This document shows, one piece after another, positions 44,184 through 55,371 of a stretch of DNA of 64,000 nt. The notes below the pieces were generated by a model that saw nothing but the letters and a program-made list of their open reading frames with translations, did not search any database and was not told the DNA's origin. Where the stretch lies: positions 46,489-110,488 of the forward strand of contig CAWEHK010000035.1 of assembly GCA_963808625.1 (NCBI GenBank), given 5' to 3'. This DNA is from an uncultured delta proteobacterium (GTDB taxonomy: Bacteria > Desulfobacterota > Syntrophobacteria > Syntrophobacterales > Syntrophobacteraceae). Numbering within the stretch: the first letter of the stretch is position 1; the number at the start of each line of letters is the position of its first letter. The position numbers were made by a program, and so were the translations under genes.

Positions 44184-45512
44184 ATGCCCGGAGCTTTCAA
44201 CGACTATGTGAAGAATAAATTCAGGAAGCCCGCCCCGCTGAAGGGACTGAGGGTCCTGGAGGTCTGCACGCTGCTCTTCGGCCCGGCCGGCCCATCGTTT
44301 CTGGCGGAAATGGGGGCCGAGGTCATCAAAATCGAGCTGCCCCCGCTGGGCGATGTGACCCGGTCCCTGAACCCGTTTGGCTGGTTCTACAAAGAGCAGG
44401 GGCCGGCCTTCATGCACATCAATCCCAACAAATACTACATGGCGCTGGACCTGCACATCGATCTCGGGCAGCAGATTTTTAAGGAACTCGCCGCCAAGTC
44501 CGACATTGTGGAATTCAATCTCAGACCGGGGGTCACGAGCCGCTGGAATGTGGGCTATGACGATATCCGGGAGGTCAACCCGCGCATCATCTACATTGAA
44601 AAAAACGGCTTCGGTCAGTGGGGGCGGTATGCTGCCGAGAACCGGCCTTCCAATGACGGCGCGGCTCAGGCCCTGGCGGGGTACGCCTGGACTTCCAGTT
44701 TTCCGAATCGGCCCCCGCTCAAGCAATCGGTGTGGGTGTGTGACGTCTTCGGGGCGCTCATGGGGGAAGTGGCGGTGCTCTCCGCACTCCATCACCGGCA
44801 TAAAACCGGAAAGGGCCAATACCTCGAAATGTCCCAAAGCGAAAATATCATGCGCGCCATGGGCTGGGTCTGGCCCTATCAGCAATTGACCGGGAAAGGC
44901 GCGGAACCGGCCGGCAACCGTGACCAGTGCATCTGCCCTGCGGATACGTTCCTCTGTAAAGACGACAAATTTGCGGCCCTTGCGGCGCCGGCGCCGGATG
45001 AATTTCGAGGCCTCTGCACCGCCATGGGAAAGCCTGAGCTGGCGGACGACCCGAGGTTTTCCGACCACACGACGAGGCTCCAGGACGAAAATGCCCTCGC
45101 CATTCTGAAAATCATTGCCGACTGGGCGCGAACCAAGACTGCGGACGAGGTCGAGACACTGGGGAAACAGCATGGCTTTGCCGCGACACGCCTCCATAAT
45201 GCCAGGGATGAAAACGAGGATCCCCATCGCCGGGAGCGCGACTTCGTGAAAGAGATTGACGATCCCATGTACGGCAAATACGTTGAGCACGAGCTCCCGG
45301 TGATGATGTCCAAAACGCCGCCGAAAATCAAATGGACGGTGAGGCCGGTCGGTTTCGATAATGAGTTCATCATGGCAAAAATCCTGGGGAAGACCCAGGC
45401 CGAAATCAACGAGCTTTACCGTTACGGGGTCCTGGGAAAATGGAAAGACATGCAGGGCCGGCGCCCACCTCCGGATTGGGACCAGAAATCCGGAATGATC
45501 TTAAGGAGGTGA
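44184..45512 (+). CDS. Family III (CaiB/BaiF) CoA-transferase, catalytic-type subunit
   Basis: PLKGLRVLE, GAEVIKIE, NLRPG, GFGQWG, conserved Asp in VCDVFG. Confidence 0.9.
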   Translation: MPGAFNDYVKNKFRKPAPLKGLRVLEVCTLLFGPAGPSFLAEMGAEVIKIELPPLGDVTRSLNPFGWFYKEQGPAFMHINPNKYYMALDLHIDLGQQIFKELAAKSDIVEFNLRPGVTSRWNVGYDDIREVNPRIIYIEKNGFGQWGRYAAENRPSNDGAAQALAGYAWTSSFPNRPPLKQSVWVCDVFGALMGEVAVLSALHHRHKTGKGQYLEMSQSENIMRAMGWVWPYQQLTGKGAEPAGNRDQCICPADTFLCKDDKFAALAAPAPDEFRGLCTAMGKPELADDPRFSDHTTRLQDENALAILKIIADWARTKTADEVETLGKQHGFAATRLHNARDENEDPHRRERDFVKEIDDPMYGKYVEHELPVMMSKTPPKIKWTVRPVGFDNEFIMAKILGKTQAEINELYRYGVLGKWKDMQGRRPPPDWDQKSGMILRR

Positions 45513-45518
45513 TGAGCG

Positions 45519-46868
45519 ATGAAAGAGCTTGAGAAAGCAAAACAGACAGAGTGGGCAGAGCGCATCCGATCCCTGGATGATCCGGCGACGGCGTCCAGGA
45601 AACCCGAGGCGCTCGATGATCTGGTGGTGCTCGATTTGAGCTCCCGCAGCATGGCCGGTTGTTTCTGCTCTTCGCTTCTGGCCGAACTGGGTGCGGAAAC
45701 CATTCGCATCGAACCACCCGGAGGCGATATCGTCAGGACCTATTCCCCCAACGGCATCATGCACAAAGACACCGGGCTGGCCTATCTGCAGGAGGGAAGG
45801 AACAAATACCACGTAACGCTGAACCTGGAGACCGAGGAGGGAAGAGAAATGTTGCGATCCCTCGCCGGGCAGGCTGATGTCCTGATCGAAACCTTTCCCG
45901 CAGGGACCATGGATGCATGGGGGATTGGCTATGACGCACTGAGCCAGCTCAATCCCCGGCTCATCTTTGCTTCGCTCACCGCTTTCGGGCAATTTGGCCC
46001 GGAGAGCGGAAGGCAGCAATACGATTACGACAATGTCAGCCAGGCCCGCTCGGGGATTCAGTACGCTACGGGAGAGATCCTGCCGGAGGGGAAGACCGTC
46101 GACGAGATGCCTCATGCCGTCCCCACCAAGGCCGGGCCCTGGATTGCCTGGGCCACCTCCGGAACGTTTGGTGCGGTGGGCATTCTCGCGGCCCTCTTTC
46201 ACCGGACGATGACCGGTGAGGGGCAGGCAATCGATGTTGCGACCCCCGAAGCCTATGAGCGTTTCAATGATTACGGGCTGCACTGGTATGGCGATCAGGG
46301 CGTGATCAACGAACGCTTCGGCAACCTCGATGCCTGCCTGTGGCTCTATGGCTTCTATCCGACGCAGGATGGCGGCGTGTTTCTCGGCGGGTTAAGGCTC
46401 GAAATGTGGAAGGCCCTCGTGGATATGCTCGGCAAATGGGACGAGTGGGGGGCCGATGATTGGACGACCCTGGCTCCCTTTATGAAAAAGGACTGGCAGC
46501 TCAAGTACCAGGCCATGATCAATCCCCTGACCTCGCACTATACGAGCGAGGAACTGACCAACAAGTCCATCGATTATGCCAAGAGCGGCCGTCTGGCGCC
46601 CATCACCCCGGTCGTCGCCGAAATCGTGCCCCCCTGGAAAACCATGCAAGATGAAAACTGGCAGGAACGTGGCATCTTCACCCCGGTGCAGGACCCCATC
46701 TACGGCTCCATCGTCTGCGCCCAGGCCCAGTGGAAGGCCACCGAAACGCCGCCGCGGACCAAATGGGTTTGCCGACCCGTAGGCTACGACAACGGCTTTG
46801 TTTATCTCAAGTACCTTGGACATGGTCCCGTAAGGCTCAAAGAGCTTGAGGAAAAGGGGATCATTTAA
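45519..46868 (+). CDS. Family III CoA-transferase, second subunit (catalytic Asp apparently absent)
   Basis: ALDDLVVLDL, GAETIRIEPPGGD, FGQFGP; PWIAWATSG at the Asp position. Confidence 0.88.
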   Translation: MKELEKAKQTEWAERIRSLDDPATASRKPEALDDLVVLDLSSRSMAGCFCSSLLAELGAETIRIEPPGGDIVRTYSPNGIMHKDTGLAYLQEGRNKYHVTLNLETEEGREMLRSLAGQADVLIETFPAGTMDAWGIGYDALSQLNPRLIFASLTAFGQFGPESGRQQYDYDNVSQARSGIQYATGEILPEGKTVDEMPHAVPTKAGPWIAWATSGTFGAVGILAALFHRTMTGEGQAIDVATPEAYERFNDYGLHWYGDQGVINERFGNLDACLWLYGFYPTQDGGVFLGGLRLEMWKALVDMLGKWDEWGADDWTTLAPFMKKDWQLKYQAMINPLTSHYTSEELTNKSIDYAKSGRLAPITPVVAEIVPPWKTMQDENWQERGIFTPVQDPIYGSIVCAQAQWKATETPPRTKWVCRPVGYDNGFVYLKYLGHGPVRLKELEEKGII

Positions 46869-47158
46869 AAGCAAGGGACGTATGGAGAAGGTACAAGTCT
46901 GTCATTGCTCCAAAATGGCAAAGAGGGTGTAAACGCCTCTTCTCAATGTTTAACGACACGAACGCGGAACCGGGTCTCTTGAATCGTCTCTCATCTGATA
47001 GCTGGTTTATGGCGGATTGGGCCTGGTCGTGACTCGCTGGTTGCCAGCGTGGGAATGGTTCCTCATCTGCTACTGAGCCCAGGCCCGAAGTGGTGGCTTC
47101 CGCAATCCTGAGCCAGGGGATGCGGAAGCCACGAACTAATGCACAAGGGAGCAGAAAT

Positions 47159-47860
47159 ATGGAAGCGGTGATTCGTGGCATAGGTATTCTCGGGGTCTTG
47201 CTGGTAGTCATTGGACTGTGGATGGAGTTCCGCCCGCCTCGCGTCAAAGCCGTGAGTCCTCTACCGAACGGCTTTACCCAGCCAGTCCTCGCCATGGAGC
47301 TTGCCAAAACGGTAGCTGACGTGGAGCAAATTGTCGGCCAGCAGGGCAACTCTGTGGATCAGCTGAAGGCGTTGCGGTGTAACACAAAGCGGGATTTCGC
47401 CTTGATTCTGACCTACATGAGTCTGTTTCTTGCCATGAGCATGGTGCTTGCTCAGCGTGAATTTGCCTGGGCGCCATGGCTTGCTGTGGCCGCAGGAGGC
47501 TGCGCGCTTGCGGCCGCCGTTGCCGATGTTATCGAAAATCTGCGCATCCTTCGGGTGTTGGACCTGCCGCTGACATCGATGTCGGACTCCATGGTGTATG
47601 GGATTCGGCAGGTATCACTCCTCAGGTGGGGATTGATCTTTGCAACGATGCTACTCCTGGCGCCGACATTTGCCTTCCGAACTGGCGGAATTTCCGTCCT
47701 GGGACTCATCATTGGGGCAAGCTTTGCGGTCAGCGCTGCGATCGGTTTTCTCAGCCTCCAGCGGTGCAATCCGCTTATCGAACTGGCGCTTACCGCATGT
47801 ACGCCGGGGTTTCTTCTTCTCATTGTCTGCTCGCTGCGATGGCCTCACCTGTTGCGTTAG
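47159..47860 (+). CDS. Hypothetical multi-pass membrane protein
   Basis: About 6 hydrophobic segments, D--EN motif. Confidence 0.7.
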   Translation: MEAVIRGIGILGVLLVVIGLWMEFRPPRVKAVSPLPNGFTQPVLAMELAKTVADVEQIVGQQGNSVDQLKALRCNTKRDFALILTYMSLFLAMSMVLAQREFAWAPWLAVAAGGCALAAAVADVIENLRILRVLDLPLTSMSDSMVYGIRQVSLLRWGLIFATMLLLAPTFAFRTGGISVLGLIIGASFAVSAAIGFLSLQRCNPLIELALTACTPGFLLLIVCSLRWPHLLR

Positions 47861-48332
47861 GCGCTTTCGCACAGCAGTGCGGGGCAATTGTCGCTTCACT
47901 CCAATGTGGGTGGCGCCTGCGAGTTCTCGGGAATCCTTCCAGTAATACCAAGATACTTTGATAGAGCACCAAGCCCCGTGGGGCAGGCTTTCCAGCCTGT
48001 CATGACGAGTTGGCCGCAAAGCCGGGTAGCGCCCCTGCCCCGCAAATTGAGACCCCCGCAGAAGCTTTATCTGGCAAACAACTGCGAAACCGACCGTACA
48101 ATGGCCCATGAGAGTTCGACCAGACTAACGGAGGCTATAAGTTTTGCTCGTGATTGCAGACGCTCTATGCCGTGGCAGAGGGAAGGTTTTGCTTTTTTGC
48201 TTTTGACAATCGGCTTTCCCAGGTAAAATCATCTTTATCCGAAGAGAACAGGATAGCACAATGAGGCGAATTGCCTCTATCTACGGCATTGCTTACGCTG
48301 TAAATCAACCACAGCAAGGTTAAGGAGATTCC

Positions 48333-50318
48333 ATGAAGCCTCACGCCTTTATCGCCATGCCTTTTGGCTCCAAGCCGGATGCTTCCGGCCAGATCATCGA
48401 CTTCAACCGCGTCTATACCGAGTACCTCAAACCGTCGCTGGAAGCAGCGGGGCTGGAGGTCTTTCGCGCCGACGAGGAACAGCGCGCCGGCGATATCCGC
48501 ATCGATATGTTCCAGGAACTGCTGGTGGCAGACCTGGTGGTGGCAGACCTGACGCTTGAAAACCCCAATGTTTGGTACGAACTTGGGGTGCGCCATGCGT
48601 TGCGCGCTCGGGGAGTGGTGCTGGTGTGCGGCGGACGGACGACGACCGCCTTCGATCTCTACACCGATCGTAAGCTGCGCTATGGCATAGCAAGTGGGGG
48701 GCCAGATCCTGAAACGCTGCAAGAAGATCAGCGCAAGCTTACCGAGATGGTGAAGGCGACTATGGAGTCATGGTATGGTCGCAAGCTGAGCCCGGTCTAC
48801 AACCTGATGCCCAACCTGCAGGAACCGGACTGGAAGTCGTTGCGCATCGGCGACGTGCGCGAATTCTGGGAGCAGCATGACGCCTGGGAGAAGCGGATCA
48901 ATCTGGCCCGCAAGGGTGGGCGCATTGGCGACCTGCTGGTCCTGGCCGATGAGGCGCCGGTGGCCGCCTTTCGCGCCGAGGCATGGATCAAGGCCGGTGA
49001 AGCCTTGCGCAAGGTGGAACGTTTTGACTTCGCACTGGAGCAGCTTGAACGAGGTCTGGCGATCGAACCGCACAACCTCAAGGGTCTGCATGAAAAGGGC
49101 ATTTGCCTGCAACGGCTCGCGTTGACAGGCAGTCCCGCGTATTCTTTGGATCGCGCCCGCGAGCATTACCGCAAGGTGCTGGAAGAGTATCCCAATGATC
49201 CGGAGACCTGGGCGTTGCTCGGTCGTGTGGACAAGGATGCCTGGATAGCATCCTGGCGGCAGCCCGGCAATTCGCCTGAAAAGATGCGCGATGAAGCCGG
49301 CTATGAAGATGCCCTGCTCAGGGGGGCCATTGAGAGCTACGCCCAGGGCTACCGCCGTAACCCCGGTCATTACTACTCGGGTATCAATGCCCTGACCCTG
49401 ATGCATCTGTCACCGCGATCTCACAGGCGATACCCGGTACGACCGGGAGATGACCACCATGGCCGGCGCAGTGCGTTTTGCGGCTGAATCTGAGCAGGAT
49501 CCGGATCTGCATTTCTGGTCCAAGGCGACTCTCGGCGACCTTGAGGTGTTGATCGGTACCCCCGACACGGTCAAGACCGCGTATAAAGAGGCTATCGCGA
49601 AAAACGAGAAGGACTGGTTCGCCCTCAACTCCAGCCGGGCGCAACTGGACCTGCTGAAGGACCTCGGCTTCCGCCCGGGTGTCGTCGAAGCCGGCATCGC
49701 CACCTTTGACCGGACTCTGCAAAAGCTTACCAAACCCGAGGATAGCTGGCGCCCCCGCCAGGTATTCCTCTTCAGCGGCCACATGATCGATGAACCCGGC
49801 CGCGCCATCCCTCGCTTCCCCCTGACAAGGAAACCAGCGCCGCGCAGAAGATTGCCGAGGCGCTGGACCTGTCAGGCGCGGGTCCGGAAGATCTGGCGCT
49901 CACGCAGGGCGCCTGTGGAGGGGACCTCCTTTTCACCGAGGCATGTCTGCAATGCGGTATGAAAGTCCAGTGGCTCCAACCATTTCGTGAACCGGAGTTC
50001 ATCCAGAACTCGGTGCTTCGCGGCGGCGAGGCATGGCGGAATCGTTACCTGAATGCCAGAGACCGACTCCGTATACCGCTCCGTGCTGCGCCCGAAGAAC
50101 TGGGCGAGCCGCCGCGCAATGCCGGGCAAGGTTATCCCTATGAGCGCTGCAACCTCTGGCTGCTCTATACTGCCCTGGCCTGGGGCTTGGACAAGGTGCG
50201 TTTCATCTGCCTCTGGGACGGTGGCGGAGGCGACGGGCCGGGCGGGACGGCGCACATGTACAATGAGGTAAAGCGGCGTACCGGCAGGGTGACCTGGATC
50301 GACACCCGAAAAATCTAG
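48333..50318 (+). CDS. DRHyd/NDT-like N-domain, TPR (DUF4071/MAP3K TRAF-binding-like) and SLOG-like C-domain protein; frameshifts near 49410 and 49825
   Basis: AFIAMPFG, RADEE, ADL-VADLT--NPNVWYELGVRHA; ET-ALLGRV-KD, YYSGINA, W-KATLG; FSGHMID-P-R--PRFP, GACGGDLLF-E, LWDG-GGDGPGGT. Confidence 0.8.
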
Positions 50319-50534
50319 CCGGAATACAAGGGGCTGCCACGGAATAACTCATAACCGGCCACTCCATTGCCGACGCTCACGGCCAAGCGACTGCGGCCCT
50401 GAGGTTCATACGCGTTCCGCAGAAAAGAATTCCAAAGCTATGTGTGAGGGCGAACCAGGATGCGTCGCGGTCTTTTCTGGTGGGATAATGGCTAGATTTA
50501 GAGAAACGGCCACTCGTGGTCACCCTCGAAGAGT

Positions 50535-50942
50535 TACAGCACAGCAGAATAAAGTGTCCGAATACCTTTAGCCTCGTAGCCTCGTAGGTTGGGTTTCGTT
50601 CCTCACCATGACTGCGGTTCACACTACCCTGATTGATCGAGGAACGAAACCCAACATTCCGCTTCAGGCTCTTGTTGGGTTTCGTTCCCCGAATATTCCA
50701 CAATGCTGTGCGTGTTTCGCAACGGAACGAAACCCAACCTACGCATCGACGCATCGAATTTGGACACCCTTTTTTGCGACATTGTACTAAGTACAGCTCA
50801 GCAGAATAAAGTGTCCATTACCACCTGGTCGTCATTCCCGCATGCTCTTAGCGGGAATCCAGGGCATTTGCACAGCCTGGATTCCCGCCAGAAACGCGGG
50901 AATGACGAGTGGCATTCGGACACCCATTTATGCGGGGGCGTA
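50535..50942. mobile_element. Two tandem MITE-like elements sharing a TIR family but with different palindromic cargo
   Basis: 50535-50786 carries GTTGGGTTTCGTTC palindromes; 50792-50942 matches 3802-3954; they are separated and followed by CTAAG. Confidence 0.7.
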
Positions 50943-52178
50943 CTAAGCAATCTCAGTTCTGGCCGGTGCTCGACACAATGCCTTCTGCTGCAAGAGATTT
51001 TTTATCTTCCCCTCGGAATAGCCCAGGAGTTCCTTCAATATAGCCTCGGTGTGCTCTCCCAGCAGGGGAGGGGAGGTGTAGGGTTGTTGTTCACTGTTTG
51101 GCATGCGAATGGGATTCCCGGCGGTCTTGAAGGTAAGGCCGACGCCTTTGTGGTCGATCTCCACCACCATGTTCAGCGCCCGGGTGGCGGGGTCGTTGAG
51201 GGCCGCGTTCAGGTCATTGATGGGCGCGCAGGGGATGCCGTTCGCCTCCAGAATTTCGAGCCATTCCCGGCTGGTTTTCATGGCAAAGATGGTGTTCAAC
51301 AGATTGAGCAGTTCCTGCCGGTGGTTGTTTCGCGCTTCCAGGTTATGGAACCTGGGGTCATGCTCGAGCTCTTTGACGTTCAAGGCCCGGCAGAACGACG
51401 ACCAGAACTTGGGCAGATGGGCATCGATCACGATATGGCCGTCTTTGGTCTTGACGGCATTATAGGGCATTAACGACCGGTGGCCGGACCCAACGGGACC
51501 CGGCACTTCCCCGGAATAAAGGTGAAAGGCTGCCTCGTAGCTCAACAGCGAAATCATGGTGCTGAAAAGAGGGACTTCGAGCTTTTGCCCCCTGCCGGTC
51601 TGTTGGCGGGCGTGGAGCGCCGCCAGAATCCCCGCTACGGCATAGATCCCGGCAACATGGTCGGAGATGGAAACCCCCATGCGAAGCGGCGGTCCGCCCG
51701 GCTCTCCTGTCAGACTCATGCCTCCTCCTCGCGCCTGCATCATCAGGTCAAAGGAAGGCTTGGCACAGTCCGGCGTATCAGAGCCATAACCGTTGATGGA
51801 GCACGAGACGATGGCGGGGTTGTAGCGCTGCAAGACCTCGTGGTTGATCTGTAACTTCTCCAGGGCGGGCGGCCTCAAGTTATCCAGCACCACGTCCGCT
51901 TTCTTGACCAGGTCGTAGAACACGCGCCGCCCCGCCGCTTTATTGAGATCGAGGACGATGCTTCTCTTGTTCCTGTTGAGGGCCATGAAATAGATGCTCT
52001 CCCCGTGGTAAAAGTGAGGAGGCGTGCGGCGCGCGCTATCTCCGCCATCGGGTGATTCGATCTTAATGACGTCGGCTCCCAGGTCTCCCAGGATCATCCC
52101 GGCATAGGGCGCCGCGAGCACCTGACCCAGTTCGAGCACGCGAATATCAGCAAGGCAGGGTTTCATCTCTGTTTTCAT
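50943..52178 (-). CDS. Family III (CaiB/BaiF) CoA-transferase
   Basis: RVLELGQVLAAP, GADVIKIE, NRNKRS, NLRP, SISDHVAG, PPLLGEHT. Confidence 0.92.
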   Translation of the reverse strand: MKTEMKPCLADIRVLELGQVLAAPYAGMILGDLGADVIKIESPDGGDSARRTPPHFYHGESIYFMALNRNKRSIVLDLNKAAGRRVFYDLVKKADVVLDNLRPPALEKLQINHEVLQRYNPAIVSCSINGYGSDTPDCAKPSFDLMMQARGGGMSLTGEPGGPPLRMGVSISDHVAGIYAVAGILAALHARQQTGRGQKLEVPLFSTMISLLSYEAAFHLYSGEVPGPVGSGHRSLMPYNAVKTKDGHIVIDAHLPKFWSSFCRALNVKELEHDPRFHNLEARNNHRQELLNLLNTIFAMKTSREWLEILEANGIPCAPINDLNAALNDPATRALNMVVEIDHKGVGLTFKTAGNPIRMPNSEQQPYTSPPLLGEHTEAILKELLGYSEGKIKNLLQQKALCRAPARTEIA

Positions 52179-52201
52179 TTTTCTATCGGTACTCGTTAAG
52201 G

Positions 52202-52408
52202 ATGAAAGGTTTCTTTCTTCACCGCGGAGAAAGCAGAGTACGCAGAGAGATTTTGCTCTGAAATGATTAGCTTTCTCTGCGATCTCAGCGCGCTCTGCGG
52301 TAAGAATGAAAGGTGTCTCTTTTCACCGCGGAGAACGCAGAGTGCGCAGAGGGATTTTGCTCTGAAATGATTAGCTTTCTCTGCGATCTCAGCGTGCTCT
52401 GCGGTTAA
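52202..52408. repeat. Tandem duplication of a roughly 104-bp hairpin unit (ACCGCGGAGA...CTCTGCGGT)
   Basis: Two near-identical adjacent copies. Confidence 0.85.
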
Positions 52409-52584
52409 TTCTCTCAAATATTCGCCAAGCACCTTACACCGGTCGGGGCGCGATGAAAATGAAGAATTGATTTGAGGAAAAGGAGAATATTGGATAAGGA
52501 AACACTGCGTTTCGAAAGCTTCCCGGGAGCCTCAAGCAAGGGTGGGGGCTTTGACGGACAGGGCAAAATCGAGGAGCAGTCGCC

Positions 52585-54272
52585 ATGATCATGCATGAAG
52601 TGCTTATTGTCGGAGGAGGGCTGGCCGGTCTCATGGCTGCGCTCACCGTCTCGGAGAGCGCCGATGTCGCCGTGCTGAGCAAGGTCTATCCCACCCGCTC
52701 GCACAGCGGGGCGGCGCAGGGAGGCTTCAATGCCGCCCTGGGCGAGGACGACAGTGTTGAGGCCCATATTTTCGATACCGTGAAAGGGAGCGATTACCTG
52801 GGCGACCAGGATGCCATCGAGGTGCTCTGCGCCGATGGACCGGAAGTCATTCTCGAACTCGAGAGGATGGGCGTAACGTGGACGCGCCGCGCTGACGGCG
52901 GCATTGCTCAACGCTCTCTCGGCGGCGCCGGTTTTCCGCGCGGCTGCTTTGCCGCTGATTTTTCCGGCCATGTGGTCCTGCATACCCTGTACGAACAGAG
53001 TCCTGAAGCGTGGCGTGAAGGTCTACCCGGAGTGGTATCTTCTCGAACTTCTGCTTGAAGATGGGTGCGTGGCCGGGGCCTTGGTCTACGATCTGGCGAG
53101 GGCAAGGCTCGAGGTTATCCGTGCCAGACAGATCATCCTCGCAACCGGCGGTTACGGCCGGGCCTTCTTCAAAACGACCAACGGTCACGCCAACACGGGC
53201 GACGGCATGGCAATCGCCTACCGGGCAGGAGCGGTGCTTTCCGATATGGAGTTCGTGCAGTTTCACCCGACCACGCTCTATGGCACGAACATCCTCGTCT
53301 CCGAGGCCGCCCGCGGGGAAGGGGGGTATCTCCGCAACACCGAGGGGGAACGGTTCATGGCCCGCTACGCTCCGGAGAAGATGGAGCTGGCTCCCCGTGA
53401 TGTGGTGGCGCGGGCGATTTTCAAGGAAATCAAAGAAGGGCGGGGCTTTGACGGGCACTGCGTGCATCTCGACCTCACCCATCTCGGTGAGGCCCTGGTG
53501 GCCGAGCGGCTGCCCCAGGTGAGAGACCTTGCCATCCGCTACGCCGGCGTCGATCCGGTGAGCGTGCCCATGCCCATAGAACCGGCCCAGCACTACAGCA
53601 TGGGCGGGGTGCGGACGGACCTATGGGGAAAGACCACGCTGCCGGGGCTGCTGGCGGCCGGCGAGGTTGCCAACGTCAGCGTGCACGGCGCAAATCGGCT
53701 GGGCGGCAACTCGCTCCTCGAAACCGTGGTTTTCGGCCGGCGGGCGGGCAAAAAGGCCGTGGAACTCGTCCGGGGGCAGCCCTGGCTGAACCTTTCCAGC
53801 ACGGTCCTGAGGCGTGCCCTGGAACCGTGGAACGCCTTGCTGGCGGCGCCGCGGCCAAGGTCCCGGTCCGATGACAGCACCTTCGCCATCCGCCGCGAGA
53901 TGACCACGCTTATGACCAACCAGGTCGGAGTCTTCAGGACCGGCAGCGAACTCGAAGATGCCGTGGCGCGCCTGGGGCATTTGCGGGAGCGCTATCGGAG
54001 GCTCTCGCTGACCGGGGAGGCAAAACCCTTCGATTATGCCCTTATGGATTACCTGGAAGTGGGCTATCTTTTGGATCTGTCGGAGATCATCGCCCGCGGG
54101 GCGCTGGCGCGCACCGAGAGCCGGGGGGCTCACTACCGCCTGGACTACCCGCAGCGGGACGACCGGAAATGGCTGCACCATACCTTCGCCCGCAAGGCGA
54201 GCCGACGGTCCCGAGTTCAGTGCCGGCCCGGTTGCGATCACCCGCTATCAACCCGAGGAGCGGGGTTACTGA
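52585..54272 (+). CDS. sdhA: Succinate dehydrogenase/fumarate reductase flavoprotein subunit (frameshifts near 52995 and 54200)
   Basis: GGGLAG, RSHSGAAQGG, QFHPT, SEAARGEGG, ELAPRD, HYSMGG, HGANRLGGNSL, ESRGAH. Confidence 0.92.
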
Positions 54273-54585
54273 GGGGGCGTGGCCAAGAGATAAATGGCCT
54301 TCGTTTACCGCGAAGGACACGAAGAGCCGAAGGAGACGAAGTGATTTCTTCGTGCTTATCGTGGCCTTGTGGTTCAGAGAAGGGCTAAAATGAGTGCAAG
54401 TTGTTTTCTTGGGCAAAAACTGAGCGTCTGCAAGGAACGACGGACATCATGTTGATGTGTTTACCGTGGGGCAGGCTATTCCAGCCTGCCAAAAGGCTCT
54501 AGGCAGGCTGGAAAGCCTGCCCCACAAACCTGGTCATTGGTCCGGTGATGATTTGCCGGTCTTGGAGAGGAAAGAAGCTGCCGAA

Positions 54586-55239
54586 ATGGAAACGGTTCTC
54601 AAGATATGTCGATTTGATCCGGAGAGCGATACGGCTCCCTGGTTCCAGGAATTTGCGCTGACTCTGGAGGCAACCCAGACGGTGCTGGACGCTCTGCTGC
54701 TCGCCTGGCAGCAGGACCCCGGCCTCGCTTTTCGCCGTTCCTGCCGGAGCGCCATTTGCGGTTCGTGCGCCGTATGCATCAACGGGCAGCCGGCGCTGGC
54801 CTGTCAAACACTGATGCAAAAGGCTGCAGCCGGCGGTGGACCGATCGTCCTGGAGCCGCTTCCCCATTTCCGACAACTGAAGGACCTGGTGGTGGATCTG
54901 GAACCCTTCTTCGACTCGCTCAAAGCGGTTGTTCCATGGCTCGTTTTGCGGGATGGCTACGACGGTCGGATGGCCCCGGAGGTTGCGCGCCGGCTCGAAG
55001 ATCCGGCAACCTGCATCCTCTGCGGGGTGTGTCACGCCGACCCGGATCTTGCGCGTGGCGAGATCAAACCGGCCGCCCTGGTAAAGGCCCTGCGCCTGGC
55101 TCAGGACCCCCGCGACGCCGCCGGCCTCCATCGCCTCCGACTCCTGCAGGTGCCACCCGAGGTCTTGAGCTTGTTCATCAGCAAGCTTCCCGAAAAGTGT
55201 CCGAAGGGGATAAGGATAGATGCCTCTTCATTTTCCTGA
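54586..55239 (+). CDS. sdhB: SdhB/FrdB-like Fe-S subunit with a reduced cysteine set
   Basis: SCRSAICGSC..LAC, KDLVVD, CILCGVC, CPKGI. Confidence 0.85.
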   Translation: METVLKICRFDPESDTAPWFQEFALTLEATQTVLDALLLAWQQDPGLAFRRSCRSAICGSCAVCINGQPALACQTLMQKAAAGGGPIVLEPLPHFRQLKDLVVDLEPFFDSLKAVVPWLVLRDGYDGRMAPEVARRLEDPATCILCGVCHADPDLARGEIKPAALVKALRLAQDPRDAAGLHRLRLLQVPPEVLSLFISKLPEKCPKGIRIDASSFS

Positions 55240-55371
55240 GAAGGTGTCCAAAACGTCTGAACAAATGCCTTGATGGTGACTACTGCGAGCTGCCACGGCG
55301 CAGCGGAAAATCCGAGAACGTCATTTGGTATCACGAACTGGACGCGGACACCCCTTTCACTGGAGCTTTAC

